Shown piece after piece: positions 26,276 through 35,239 of a stretch of DNA of 35,239 bases; within the stretch, counting starts at the first letter, position 1, and every line of letters starts with the position of its first letter. This DNA is from Promethearchaeota archaeon. Its GTDB lineage: Archaea; Asgardarchaeota; Lokiarchaeia; Sigyniarchaeales; SOKP01. The notes under the pieces were generated by a model. It was given only the letters and a program-made list of their open reading frames with translations, did not search any database and had not been told where the DNA came from. Location of the stretch: the NCBI GenBank assembly GCA_008080735.1, contig SHMW01000027.1:1-35239 (forward strand). The letters run 5' to 3'. The translations under genes were made by a program, and so were the position numbers.

Positions 26276-28762
26276 CTAAAATCGTGCCCTTATAATATCA
26301 CTAATTAAATTTGGAAATTCTTCCCAATTCTCAATCGTTAATAATTCTCCACCTGCGACTTTTACCATTTTTTTTGCTTCTTCTAGATTGAAGGCCGTTT
26401 CGGGGCACACTAAAATGAAATCTACCCCCATGGAACGAAATATTCGTAGTTCTTCTAATGCATTCTCGAGGTCATATATTTCAGCATCTGTAAATAGAAT
26501 ATTTAATTTTTCTCGAGAGTCGGTCTTCTCTTTAAATTGTCTTCTGGCCCACTCAAGAGCCTTCTGAATCCTTGTCCCACCCCGCGCCTCGATTGTTAAT
26601 AATTCATCAGCCAATTCTTCTAAATTCGCTTTTTTATCCATTTCTTTGAGTATATGTGTATCCGATTCAAAAAAGCATAATCCTAATTCATCTTTACGCA
26701 TCCCATAACAGAGCATTGTAGTACATATACTCATGTAGGAAAGCTTCTCTCCAGTCATGCTTCCAGAAATGTCAAGCTCAATACAAGCACTACGTAGACC
26801 CTTGGCAGTTTCATACACATAAAAATCATCATATCCAATATGAGAAAGTTTCTTTCCCTTCTCCAAAATATTGAAAATTGTTTCCTCTAAATCGATGTTA
26901 TCGATATCATCTCCTACAGTATAGGGTCTGACGATATTAACGGGGATAGGGCCTGTAGTCGCACTTCCGAGCCTTGCCCGCGAATAGTAAATCCCAAGTT
27001 CGATAAGCATCTTCTTTGCTAATTCCTTAACTTTTTCTTTAGCTTGTTCTGGTAATGATTTTCTATGAATAAACCACTGTTTTAATAAATTCTCACCGCT
27101 TCCTGCAGATAAACATGCTACTAATTTATCAACACCCTCTTGACCTTCCATTTGCTGAGCTCCTTTAATTGCCTGGCTTAGATCATGATGTCCTAAGGCA
27201 CCCATCGCGTCTCGATTATCAGAGGCAAAAGCGCTATTGAGAAGTTCTTTCATTCTGTCAAAATTGATTTCTTCTTTTAAACGTTCTATTAGATTTTGTA
27301 TGCGTTCAAAATTTCCTTTATTTTTTTCTATTAATTTTTTTAGTAATTGATAATTCGGTTCTATCAACTCGAAGATTTCCTCTTCGGGCATATTGAGTTT
27401 TTTCCCCGTCTTTTTTATATCATTAGATTCAGGCTCGAGTCCTATTTTTCTTAGAAATTCGACAGCCTCTCTCAATTGAGACGAGTTTTCACTAGCCTCA
27501 AGGGTTTTTTTAACCATTTCTGGAATTTTTTGTGAGATCTTCTGACTACAGTGCATATTCTGACAGGAATTCATTAATTGTTGTAATTGATGAGAAAGGG
27601 ATTTATACCCCTCTACTTTACGTCTTTGCCCTTCTATCTCTTTCATCGCATTTTTTAGTGCTTGATTGAAAAGTGAATTCCACGATTTGTTAGCTAAAGC
27701 ATTTTTGGTGAGATTTTCTAAAGATGGGTCCATTTTGGAATTCTTTCCCATCTGATTAATTTTGTCAAGCAATTCTTCTCTTAGATTGGTACCGTAATAC
27801 TGATCTAATGTATTTGCCAAGCTAAAATTATGTTCAAATGAGCTTTTTTTTAGGGAATTCCCTAAAACCTTATCCTTATTAAATTTGGGGCTTTCTCCCA
27901 AATTTTTTGCGGCATTGAACAGTTGATCAAGATTACTTATTTGATTTTCAAGATTCTGCTTCATTTTCTGAAGTTGATCTTTTTGAAGCGCATTCGTATC
28001 CTTCAAAAATTTCATAGATTGGATTAAATCTTCAAAATTCCCTTTTTCCATTAATTTCTGCAAATCCTCAGAAATATCCTGATTTTTCAATGCTTTACTT
28101 GCCATTTTTTCCCAATCCCTTTTGGAAAATTGCTCTATCATATCATTCAAGCCCATATTAGAGGCTGCTTTAAGATCTTCGGGATCCAAGGAATTTATTT
28201 TTTCTTTAAGTCGATTTTTTGCTTCTTCCATTAGATCCTCTAAAGATGATATCTGTTCTTTGAATAATTCAGAATCATCATTGAAAAAATGCATCGCAGA
28301 ATTATATGGTTCTTCGTTTCGCTTTTTATTTAAGTCATCTAAAAATTGTTCCATCTCTTGAATTTTATCTGTATCAACAGACATTTCAATATCATCAATA
28401 AGATCTTGCATCTCATCTAACTGGTCTTTTTCCGATGAACTCAAGAAGTCATCATCTGCCTCGGACTCCCCCATTCCATCCTCAAAGAAATCAGATATAA
28501 TATCTTTCTTATAATTTGGAAATAATATTTCAAAAGCCAAATCATTTGCTAATTCTTGATTATCGGGGAATGAAGTCACTTTACTGATTTCAATATAATC
28601 ATTTGGAGTTACTGAACCTTTCCGATAATATCGTGAGAGAATGAGTCTTGGAATTGAAAGAACTTGTCTTGAGGAGGGTATCTGAACGATATCCGGATGA
28701 TTTCTCATCCTTCTAATGAATTCAACTGCAAATTCACAGGGATCTTCGGGAAAAACGGGCAT
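26276..28762 (-). CDS. vWA domain-containing protein (MoxR partner, CoxE/ChlD-like C-terminus)
   Basis: IDLEETI, MIDAS DISGSM, GGT, FTDAE at the C-terminus; long helical Q/K/E/M-rich middle region. Confidence 0.9.
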   Translation of the reverse strand: MPVFPEDPCEFAVEFIRRMRNHPDIVQIPSSRQVLSIPRLILSRYYRKGSVTPNDYIEISKVTSFPDNQELANDLAFEILFPNYKKDIISDFFEDGMGESEADDDFLSSSEKDQLDEMQDLIDDIEMSVDTDKIQEMEQFLDDLNKKRNEEPYNSAMHFFNDDSELFKEQISSLEDLMEEAKNRLKEKINSLDPEDLKAASNMGLNDMIEQFSKRDWEKMASKALKNQDISEDLQKLMEKGNFEDLIQSMKFLKDTNALQKDQLQKMKQNLENQISNLDQLFNAAKNLGESPKFNKDKVLGNSLKKSSFEHNFSLANTLDQYYGTNLREELLDKINQMGKNSKMDPSLENLTKNALANKSWNSLFNQALKNAMKEIEGQRRKVEGYKSLSHQLQQLMNSCQNMHCSQKISQKIPEMVKKTLEASENSSQLREAVEFLRKIGLEPESNDIKKTGKKLNMPEEEIFELIEPNYQLLKKLIEKNKGNFERIQNLIERLKEEINFDRMKELLNSAFASDNRDAMGALGHHDLSQAIKGAQQMEGQEGVDKLVACLSAGSGENLLKQWFIHRKSLPEQAKEKVKELAKKMLIELGIYYSRARLGSATTGPIPVNIVRPYTVGDDIDNIDLEETIFNILEKGKKLSHIGYDDFYVYETAKGLRSACIELDISGSMTGEKLSYMSICTTMLCYGMRKDELGLCFFESDTHILKEMDKKANLEELADELLTIEARGGTRIQKALEWARRQFKEKTDSREKLNILFTDAEIYDLENALEELRIFRSMGVDFILVCPETAFNLEEAKKMVKVAGGELLTIENWEEFPNLISDIIRARF

Positions 28763-28773
28763 TTTTATTGGTT

Positions 28774-29712
28774 TTATCCTCCCAGAGTCTTATTAATGAT
28801 TCCATCAATAATATTTTCAACTTTGACGCCGGGTTTTGGCTTAATACTTCCAAGCAACACATGTTTTGATATATCTGCCAGATGAACATAAACAGATTCT
28901 TCATCTTCTACTATTCCCTTGCTTTCAAGATATCTTCTCCTGCCTAAAAGCTTTGCAATCGCAATCCCAGCTCTTATAGAGGCGGGAACCTCTATATCAA
29001 TTTTGTTTTTACGTGTCTCTTCGATAACTGAATAGATTAATTCTAATTCCGATTCTTCTACCATAAATTGTTCAGGCAAATTAATACGAATTATATCCAG
29101 TTCTGTGGCTTTTTCTGGATATGTTAATTTGATCCATACTTTAATTCTATCTTTTAATGCTTCAGATAATCTATGCGTGCCCGAAAGTTCCTCGGGGTTC
29201 ATCGCACATATAAAGAAAAAGTCTTCATCTGCCTGTATTCGGCCCAGATGAGGAATGCCTATAGATGCTTCTTCTAATGGTTCTAAGAGCGTATTTTGTG
29301 AGTATTCTGTAGCCCGATTGATCTCATTTGCTAAAAAAGTTCCCCCTTCCAGCATCGCACTTAATAGGGGACCCGGGTTAAACGCCTCTATAGTGAAGCC
29401 ATGTTTAAGTGTAATGGCAGGATCAAAACTTCCGATGAAATGTGAGGGTTTGATTGATTCATCCATCGTTAACCAATGGAAATTCCTTCCTTTTTTTTCT
29501 TTTGCTCGCAAACTTGCAAAATAACGGCATAAAATGGTCTTTCCTACTCCTGGAGGGCCAACTAATGCGGGAAACAATCCTGTCGCTTCAGCATCCCTTA
29601 ATAATTCTAAAGCTTTTCCATATTGCCCAGATAAGACAATATCTATCTTTTGTTGGGCAACATCTTGGATTAAGCGGTCTTGAAATAATGTTCTGAATCT
29701 CTCTTTATCCAT
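28774..29712 (-). CDS. MoxR-family AAA+ ATPase
   Basis: Walker A GPPGVGKT, F.PGPL, variant Walker B FLANEINRA, QNTLL, AMNP, LSEALKDR, SIR sensor II. Confidence 0.92.
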   Translation of the reverse strand: MDKERFRTLFQDRLIQDVAQQKIDIVLSGQYGKALELLRDAEATGLFPALVGPPGVGKTILCRYFASLRAKEKKGRNFHWLTMDESIKPSHFIGSFDPAITLKHGFTIEAFNPGPLLSAMLEGGTFLANEINRATEYSQNTLLEPLEEASIGIPHLGRIQADEDFFFICAMNPEELSGTHRLSEALKDRIKVWIKLTYPEKATELDIIRINLPEQFMVEESELELIYSVIEETRKNKIDIEVPASIRAGIAIAKLLGRRRYLESKGIVEDEESVYVHLADISKHVLLGSIKPKPGVKVENIIDGIINKTLGG

Positions 29713-30002
29713 GATAAGTCAAATAGTAAATTATTGAATTGATTTACTTATAAATAATATATTTCTATTTACATAATTTATGTTTATATTACATAATCTA
29801 ATGAATTAAGTTAAATTGAGTAAGTACAATTAAACTCTCATCAATAATTAATTTCAACAAAAATATCTTTTAATAAGAGAAATAAGAACTCTCATAATGA
29901 ATATTTAAGAAGAAATATGAAGCTTAATAAATCTGACAAAATATTCTATAACAAGACCACTTCGGTAAAATAAATATATAAAATGAAGGATCATCAAGAA
30001 AA

Positions 30003-30839
30003 ATGAGATCTCCTTATTTTAAAAGTCAAAATTTTACATTATATCATGGAGATACTGTAGAGATTCTTAAAGATCTCTCTGAAAGTGACTTTGATATGAT
30101 ATTTGCCGATCCTCCCTATTTTCTCTCGAATGATGGGATAACTTGTAAGTCTGGTCAGATGAAATCAGTCAATAAGGGAAATTGGGATAAATCAAAAGGA
30201 TTTGAGGAGGATGTGAATTTTACTAATGAGTGGATAAAAAAATGTCGGCCTCTTTTAAAAAAGGATGGATCTATTTGGATTTCTGGTACTCTTCATATAA
30301 TATACAAAGCGGGATATTTGTTGGAAAAAAATGGATATGATATAATCAATGACATTATATGGTTTAAACCAAACGCTCCACCAAATCTCTCATGTAGATA
30401 TTTCACTCATAGCCATGAAATTATATTATGGGCACGTAAATCGAATGAATCTAATCATTCTTTTAATTATAAACTAATGAAGCATTGGAATAACCCTAAA
30501 GATAAATTAAAAAATAAGGATAAACAGATGAGAAGTGTATGGTCAATCCCATTACTTACCCCGTCAGAGAAAACCCACGGGAGACATCCTACTCAAAAAC
30601 CCATCGAATTACTATCAAGGATTATCTTAGCGTCAACAAATAAGGGGGATACTGTATTAGATCCATTTGTAGGTTCGGGAACGACTGGACTTGTGTGTAG
30701 CGTTTTAAACCGTAATTTTGTAGGAATTGACATAAATAAAGCATATCTCGATTTATCTATAAAAAGATATAAAGATAAAAACAAAGAGAGCTTATTTTAT
30801 TCTCCAACGAGTGATAATAAAATTACCGATTTTCTTTAA
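30003..30839 (+). CDS. Beta-class N6-adenine/N4-cytosine DNA methyltransferase (DpnA-like), orphan
   Basis: Catalytic ADPPY before SAM-binding DPFVGSGTT; SVNKGNWD, W.KPNAPPNLSCRYFTHSHE, KQMRSVW, HPTQKP typical of DpnA-type enzymes. Confidence 0.93.
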   Translation: MRSPYFKSQNFTLYHGDTVEILKDLSESDFDMIFADPPYFLSNDGITCKSGQMKSVNKGNWDKSKGFEEDVNFTNEWIKKCRPLLKKDGSIWISGTLHIIYKAGYLLEKNGYDIINDIIWFKPNAPPNLSCRYFTHSHEIILWARKSNESNHSFNYKLMKHWNNPKDKLKNKDKQMRSVWSIPLLTPSEKTHGRHPTQKPIELLSRIILASTNKGDTVLDPFVGSGTTGLVCSVLNRNFVGIDINKAYLDLSIKRYKDKNKESLFYSPTSDNKITDFL

Positions 30840-30937
30840 GCTAAAAAGATTTTCTGATTTTGATTTTATCAATTCCGTATAAGTCGATTAATCGTTAACG
30901 CCACCCAATAATAAATTATTTTTACTTTTGATGATTT

Positions 30938-30956
30938 AATTATATAGTATATAATT
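30938..30956 (+). promoter_or_regulatory. TATA-like element in a perfect palindrome upstream of tRNA-Ala
   Basis: AATTATATA-G-TATATAATT; the TTATATA part lies about 20-26 nt before the tRNA 5' end. Confidence 0.45.
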
Positions 30957-30965
30957 TCAAATATT

Positions 30966-31070
30966 GGGCCTGTAGATCAGCGGAAGATCGCTTGATTCGC
31001 AAGACACCATTCAATTCGCAGTGTCCTTGACTTCAAGAGGCCACGGGTTCAATTCCCGTCAGGTCCACCA
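30966..31070 (+). tRNA. tRNA-Ala(CGC) with about 30-nt intron (about 31002-31031) and encoded CCA
   Basis: Acceptor GGGCCTG/CAGGTCC with the G3:U70 Ala identity pair, D-stem GATC/GATC, anticodon stem CTTGA/TCAAG with loop TT-CGC-A, T-arm ACGGG-TTCAATT-CCCGT, discriminator A plus CCA; intron hairpin GACAC/GTGTC. Confidence 0.9.
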
Positions 31071-31103
31071 TTATCTGTTTCTTTCGGATAGATTTTTGTC
31101 ATA

Positions 31104-31123
31104 CTTTTTTTTAAAACATTTTT
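31104..31123 (+). terminator. Putative oligo-T terminator after tRNA
   Basis: T8 and T5 runs about 35-50 nt downstream of CCA. Confidence 0.4.
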
Positions 31124-31196
31124 AAGTTTATCAAACACATCCTAATATTGTCCTAAAAAAATTTAATCTTCAAACATTTAAGGAGAATGAATACAA

Positions 31197-32033
31197 ATGG
31201 AGAGTAGTGGGGATCTAACAAATCAAAATCCTGATGAATTAAGCGCCTATATATTGCTTTCAGAATTTAGGAAACCCTTAATAAATTTAATCATAAAAAG
31301 CGTAGATCTACCTAATGGAAGTACTGGTTTGGATGCGGGATGTGGAATAGGAGCCTATACTTCTCTTTTGGCGAAAGCGGTTGGTTTGAAGGGAGCTGTT
31401 GTCGGTTTAGACATATCCGAAGAGTTTATTTCATATGCTAATAAAAATAAAAGAGAAAATACACAATTTGAAATAGGGGATATTAATTCATTAGATCATT
31501 TAGAATCAGAATCGTTTGACTGGATTTGGAGTACTGATACTGTATGGCCTGGGCCTAAAGAATTAGGTTGTTCATGTAAAAAACCGAAAGGAATAGTGGA
31601 TGGATTCTATCGTCTTTTAAAACCAAGAGGAGATATATTTCTATTATTTTGGACATCACATAAATTTTTACCGGGTTATCCGCTATTAGAAGCCAAATTA
31701 AACACAAGTACAGGAGCAACAGCTCCATTTGTTAGTGGAATGCATCCTATGGATCATATAATGAGTGCTAAAAACTGGTTAGTAGGCTCTGGATTTAAGG
31801 GTGTTTTAGCAAAAACCTATGTATCAGATATAAATGGTCCCTTAGATCAGAATACTCGCAAGGCTTTACAAATCCTCTTCCAAATGTTTTGGGGGGAAGC
31901 AGAAGATACAGTATCTAAAGAAGATTGGAATGAATACAAAAAACTCACGAATCCCAATTCCAGAAAAAATATTTTAGACAGAAATCATTATTATGGATTT
32001 TATACATATAGTCTTTTCAAAGGAGTAAAATAA
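31197..32033 (+). CDS. Class I SAM-dependent methyltransferase (UbiE-like fold, substrate unknown)
   Basis: GLDAGCGIG, VVGLDIS, GDINSL, SFDWIW, RLLKPRG. Confidence 0.9.
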   Translation: MESSGDLTNQNPDELSAYILLSEFRKPLINLIIKSVDLPNGSTGLDAGCGIGAYTSLLAKAVGLKGAVVGLDISEEFISYANKNKRENTQFEIGDINSLDHLESESFDWIWSTDTVWPGPKELGCSCKKPKGIVDGFYRLLKPRGDIFLLFWTSHKFLPGYPLLEAKLNTSTGATAPFVSGMHPMDHIMSAKNWLVGSGFKGVLAKTYVSDINGPLDQNTRKALQILFQMFWGEAEDTVSKEDWNEYKKLTNPNSRKNILDRNHYYGFYTYSLFKGVK

Positions 32034-32205
32034 AAATGAGTTTAAGATTTCTAAATCTCCAATCATCATTTTATGTATAACATCAAAATAAAAAATGAAA
32101 AATGATTTTCTCATGTGAAATATTGAGAAATTTAGATTATAATAACAAATCTCTAATTTGTTAATTCATTAAAAATATTAATTCTTTAAAACTACGATTC
32201 GGATT

Positions 32206-34809
32206 ATGGCTAAAAAAACAACTTTTCCAAAGCGATTTAATTTTACCGACGTTCAAAACAAATGGATAAAATTCTGGAAAGAAAATGGGATATATGATTT
32301 TGACGAGGAAAAAGAGGGTAAACTCTTCTCAATTGATACGCCCCCACCCTTCGTCAGCGGAACTTTACACCTTGGACATGTGCTAAACCACTCATGGATA
32401 GATTTTGTGGCACGATATCAGCGTATGAAAGGAGAGTATAATGTGTATTTTCCGCAAGGATTTGACTGCCATGGACTTCCAGTTGAGCTTGCAGTTGAGA
32501 AAAACTACGGAATCTCAAAGGACGACAGAGAGCGTTTTCTTGAAAAGTGCGTTGAATGGGTGGAAGACAATATCTCTAATATGACTAAGCAATTTGATGA
32601 TCTGGCTTATTCCACTGATTGGGATTATACTTATCGTACGATGGAAAAGGATTATAAATATAAAGTTCAGCACTCTCTATTATATTTCTATAAAAAAGGA
32701 TGGTTATATCGAGATAAATTTCCAACTCATTTCTGTGTGAATTGTGAGACATCAGTAGCGAAAGCAGAAGTAGGTTATACCGAAGAAGAGGGTAAACTTT
32801 GGTATATAAAATTACCTCTAGTGGGTCGAGAAGATGAATATGTAATAATTGCTACTACGCGACCTGAAATGATGGAAAGCTGCGTGGGAGTCTTTGTCCA
32901 CCCTAATGATGATAGATATTATCACCTTTCTGCTGCGGAGGTAAAATTACCTATTGCTAACCGCACTGTGAGAATTAGGGTAGATAAAGACGTTGATATG
33001 CACTTTGGTACGGGAGTAGTGTATTGCTGTACATATGGTGATGAAACCGATATAAAATGGAAACTAGAATATGACCTCGATGAAATTCAGATCTTTACCA
33101 AAGATGGAAGAATGAATGAAAATTCAAAATACCAAGGTTTAACTATCGAGGAGGCTCGAGAAAAAATCGTAAAAGATTTAGACAAAATGGAGCTTTTAGA
33201 AAAAATCGAAACGCATGAACATAATATAATAATTCATTCAGAGCGCTCCTCATGTCGGAGACCCATTGAATACTTGCCCGTTTACCAGTGGTTTATTAAA
33301 GTAAAGGAGTTTACCGATGAGATAATTGAATCGGGAGAATTAATGAAGTGGTTTCCAGAAAAACACAAAGTTAGACTAATAGATTGGGCAGAAGGATTAG
33401 ATTGGAATTGGGTCATTTCTCGACAACGCGTTTTTGGCACACCAATCCCATTTTGGTATTGTGAAAATTGTGGGGAGATCATCCCTGCTAGAGATGAAGA
33501 ATTACCGATTGATCCCGTAGAAGCCGCTCCACCCGTTCATAAGTGTCCAGAATGTGAGAAGGAGGAGATAATTGGAGAAAAAGATGTATGTGATTGTTGG
33601 ATAGATTCAAGTATAACCCCTTTAGCGATTGCGAAATGGTTAGAAGACGAAGATTTCTTTAAGAAAGGGTATATGGATGCGAATGTTCATCGTCCTCAAG
33701 GATATGAAATCATTCGAACGTGGTTATTTTATACATTATTTAGATGTAAGCGATTAACTGGTAAAGCTCCTTTCGATGAGATTATGATAAATGGGATGGT
33801 TGCCGGCCCAGACGGCAGAAAAATGAGTAAAAGTTATGGAAATGTGGTTTCCCCCGATGAAATTTTACCTGATTTTGGTGCTGATGCGATAAGACAATGG
33901 GCTGCGATGGGGTCTTTAGGGGATGATTACCCTTTCGAATATACATGGATAAATATCCATAATAAACAACCTATTTCTGATGAGAAAATTGCAAAAGAAC
34001 GTAATAACTTACCCGAAGAAAAATTTCAAAAAAAATATCGAAAGAGATATGACCAATTAATAGGTGCTTCACGATTTTTAACTAAAATTTGGAATGCTTT
34101 TAGATTTTTAAAATTAAATTTGGATAAGATCAAGATTTCAGACATTCAAATAGATCAAGAAACACTCTCTCCGATAGATCATTTTTTCTTTGGTGAATTT
34201 AATACCAATCTTCAGAGAATAGAAGACTATTTTGACGGATATAATTGGCACGAAGCGTTTATGATCTTAAGACCTTTTTTCTGGAATGAGATATGCGATA
34301 ATTATATTGAAGCAATTAAATACAAGTTTTATTCAGAGGATCTTAACATAAAGAAAAATTCATTAAAAAATGCATTGAATCTATTCTACAAAATTCTAAA
34401 GATATTCGCTATCATTATGCCCTTTATTTCCGAAGAAATATATTCTATAATATACAGAGAATTTAAAGCACTTGATTCTATTCATCTTGAACAATGGCCA
34501 ACGGCTTATGAAGAGATTTCTGAAGAACAAATAGAATCAGGAAAAATCGCAATAAAATTAATTCAAAATCTTAGAAAAATGAAATCACAGCTACAAATTC
34601 CATTAAATCAGGAATTATCAGAAGTGAGAATAATCTCAGATTCAGATCAAATCAAAAAAATCAAAAAAATTAGTAAAGACATCTCTGAAACCATCAGAAT
34701 CAAAAATATGGAAATAGTGGATAATAAAGATATAGGCTCAATCAAAAAAAATCCAGATTTAAAAGAGGATTTTGAAGATTTGGATTTGAGCGTGTTTCTA
34801 TTTAAATAA
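32206..34809 (+). CDS. valS: Valine--tRNA ligase (archaeal type)
   Basis: IDTPPP.VSG.LHLGH, ATTRPE, GTGVV, WNWVISRQR.FGTPIP.W, RPQGYEIIRTW, KMSKS; no bacterial C-terminal coiled coil. Confidence 0.96.
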   Translation: MAKKTTFPKRFNFTDVQNKWIKFWKENGIYDFDEEKEGKLFSIDTPPPFVSGTLHLGHVLNHSWIDFVARYQRMKGEYNVYFPQGFDCHGLPVELAVEKNYGISKDDRERFLEKCVEWVEDNISNMTKQFDDLAYSTDWDYTYRTMEKDYKYKVQHSLLYFYKKGWLYRDKFPTHFCVNCETSVAKAEVGYTEEEGKLWYIKLPLVGREDEYVIIATTRPEMMESCVGVFVHPNDDRYYHLSAAEVKLPIANRTVRIRVDKDVDMHFGTGVVYCCTYGDETDIKWKLEYDLDEIQIFTKDGRMNENSKYQGLTIEEAREKIVKDLDKMELLEKIETHEHNIIIHSERSSCRRPIEYLPVYQWFIKVKEFTDEIIESGELMKWFPEKHKVRLIDWAEGLDWNWVISRQRVFGTPIPFWYCENCGEIIPARDEELPIDPVEAAPPVHKCPECEKEEIIGEKDVCDCWIDSSITPLAIAKWLEDEDFFKKGYMDANVHRPQGYEIIRTWLFYTLFRCKRLTGKAPFDEIMINGMVAGPDGRKMSKSYGNVVSPDEILPDFGADAIRQWAAMGSLGDDYPFEYTWINIHNKQPISDEKIAKERNNLPEEKFQKKYRKRYDQLIGASRFLTKIWNAFRFLKLNLDKIKISDIQIDQETLSPIDHFFFGEFNTNLQRIEDYFDGYNWHEAFMILRPFFWNEICDNYIEAIKYKFYSEDLNIKKNSLKNALNLFYKILKIFAIIMPFISEEIYSIIYREFKALDSIHLEQWPTAYEEISEEQIESGKIAIKLIQNLRKMKSQLQIPLNQELSEVRIISDSDQIKKIKKISKDISETIRIKNMEIVDNKDIGSIKKNPDLKEDFEDLDLSVFLFK

Positions 34810-34823
34810 CTTATTATTTATTT

Positions 34824-35239
34824 ATGGCTGTAAAAAAATTAGTAATTCTAATTTTTGCGTATAATGAAGAATCTACTATTTTTAACGTAATTCAAGATAT
34901 CCCATCTTTTAACAGTATAAAAAATGAGATAATTGTCGTTAATGATGGGAGTATTGATAAAACGGAAAAAAATGCCAAGAAAGCAGGTGCTAAGGTAATT
35001 AATAATTCTACGAATCTTGGACTTGGTTATTCCTTTAAGAGAGGATTATTAGAAGGTCTAAAAAGAAAAGGAGACTTATTTGCAATTTTAGATGCAGATG
35101 GGCAATATAAATCGAGAGACTTAAAGAAACTAATTCAGAAGCTATTGAATGGAAATTTTAACTTGGTATTGGGAAATAGAATTCTTGCACATTATGAATA
35201 CGAGGAAAGAATATTAAAGAAGCTTGGAAACTATCTCCT
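34824..35239 (+). CDS. Glycosyltransferase family 2 (DPM1-like), truncated by the window end
   Basis: Manual translation MAVKKLVILIFAYNEEST...IIVVNDGSIDKT...NLGLGYSF...LDADGQY...LVLGNR; frame open to the end of the window. Confidence 0.92.
   Translation, partial: MAVKKLVILIFAYNEESTIFNVIQDIPSFNSIKNEIIVVNDGSIDKTEKNAKKAGAKVINNSTNLGLGYSFKRGLLEGLKRKGDLFAILDADGQYKSRDLKKLIQKLLNGNFNLVLGNRILAHYEYEERILKKLGNYL

Noticed and set aside
29917-29973. 18-codon ORF MKLNKSDKIFYNKTTSVK in the moxR-MTase spacer
   Set aside because: Too short, with no SD or motif support; expected by chance.
30966-32205. Integrated element at tRNA-Ala
   Set aside because: No integrase and no duplicate of the tRNA 3' end found in the window.
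1197-33482. Many short antisense or overlapping ORFs in the track (e.g. 1197..1586, 1986..2381, 4293..4700, 7456..7899, 8464..9012, 14403..14714, 15455..15784, 18391..18768, 19147..19386, 29255..29524, 33282..33482)
   Set aside because: Shadow frames of well-supported genes; S/I/F/L-rich composition typical of reverse-complemented coding sequence, with no motifs.

Overview
AT-rich, gene-dense archaeal chromosomal segment, most likely from an Asgard archaeon (Lokiarchaeia-like). That assignment is inferred from archaeal-type MCM, GINS23, TopoVI A/B, LysW-dependent ArgX/LysZ/LysK and an intron-containing tRNA, together with a Rab-like small GTPase and a eukaryote-like PPP phosphatase. It carries 26 supportable CDSs (the last truncated) and a tRNA-Ala(CGC) with an intron. 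No CRISPR array, transposase or prophage was seen. Five observations stand out: (1) a 1210-aa TopoVI-B with three large insertions, three HeH/Rho-N-like modules in a 198-bp tandem repeat and a terminal winged helix; (2) a 1119-aa multi-pass membrane protein fused to a long HEAT solenoid, between mcm and gins23; (3) a divergent pair of a PPP phosphatase and an atypical HipA/PI3-4K-like kinase; (4) a coupled MoxR AAA+ / vWA / SWIM-finger operon whose ATPase has a D-to-N Walker B and whose vWA protein starts with an AAA-lid-like segment; (5) a HEAT+SHOCT-like small protein inside the top6B-top6A-pyrE operon. All calls come from reading motifs by eye; no database searches were run.
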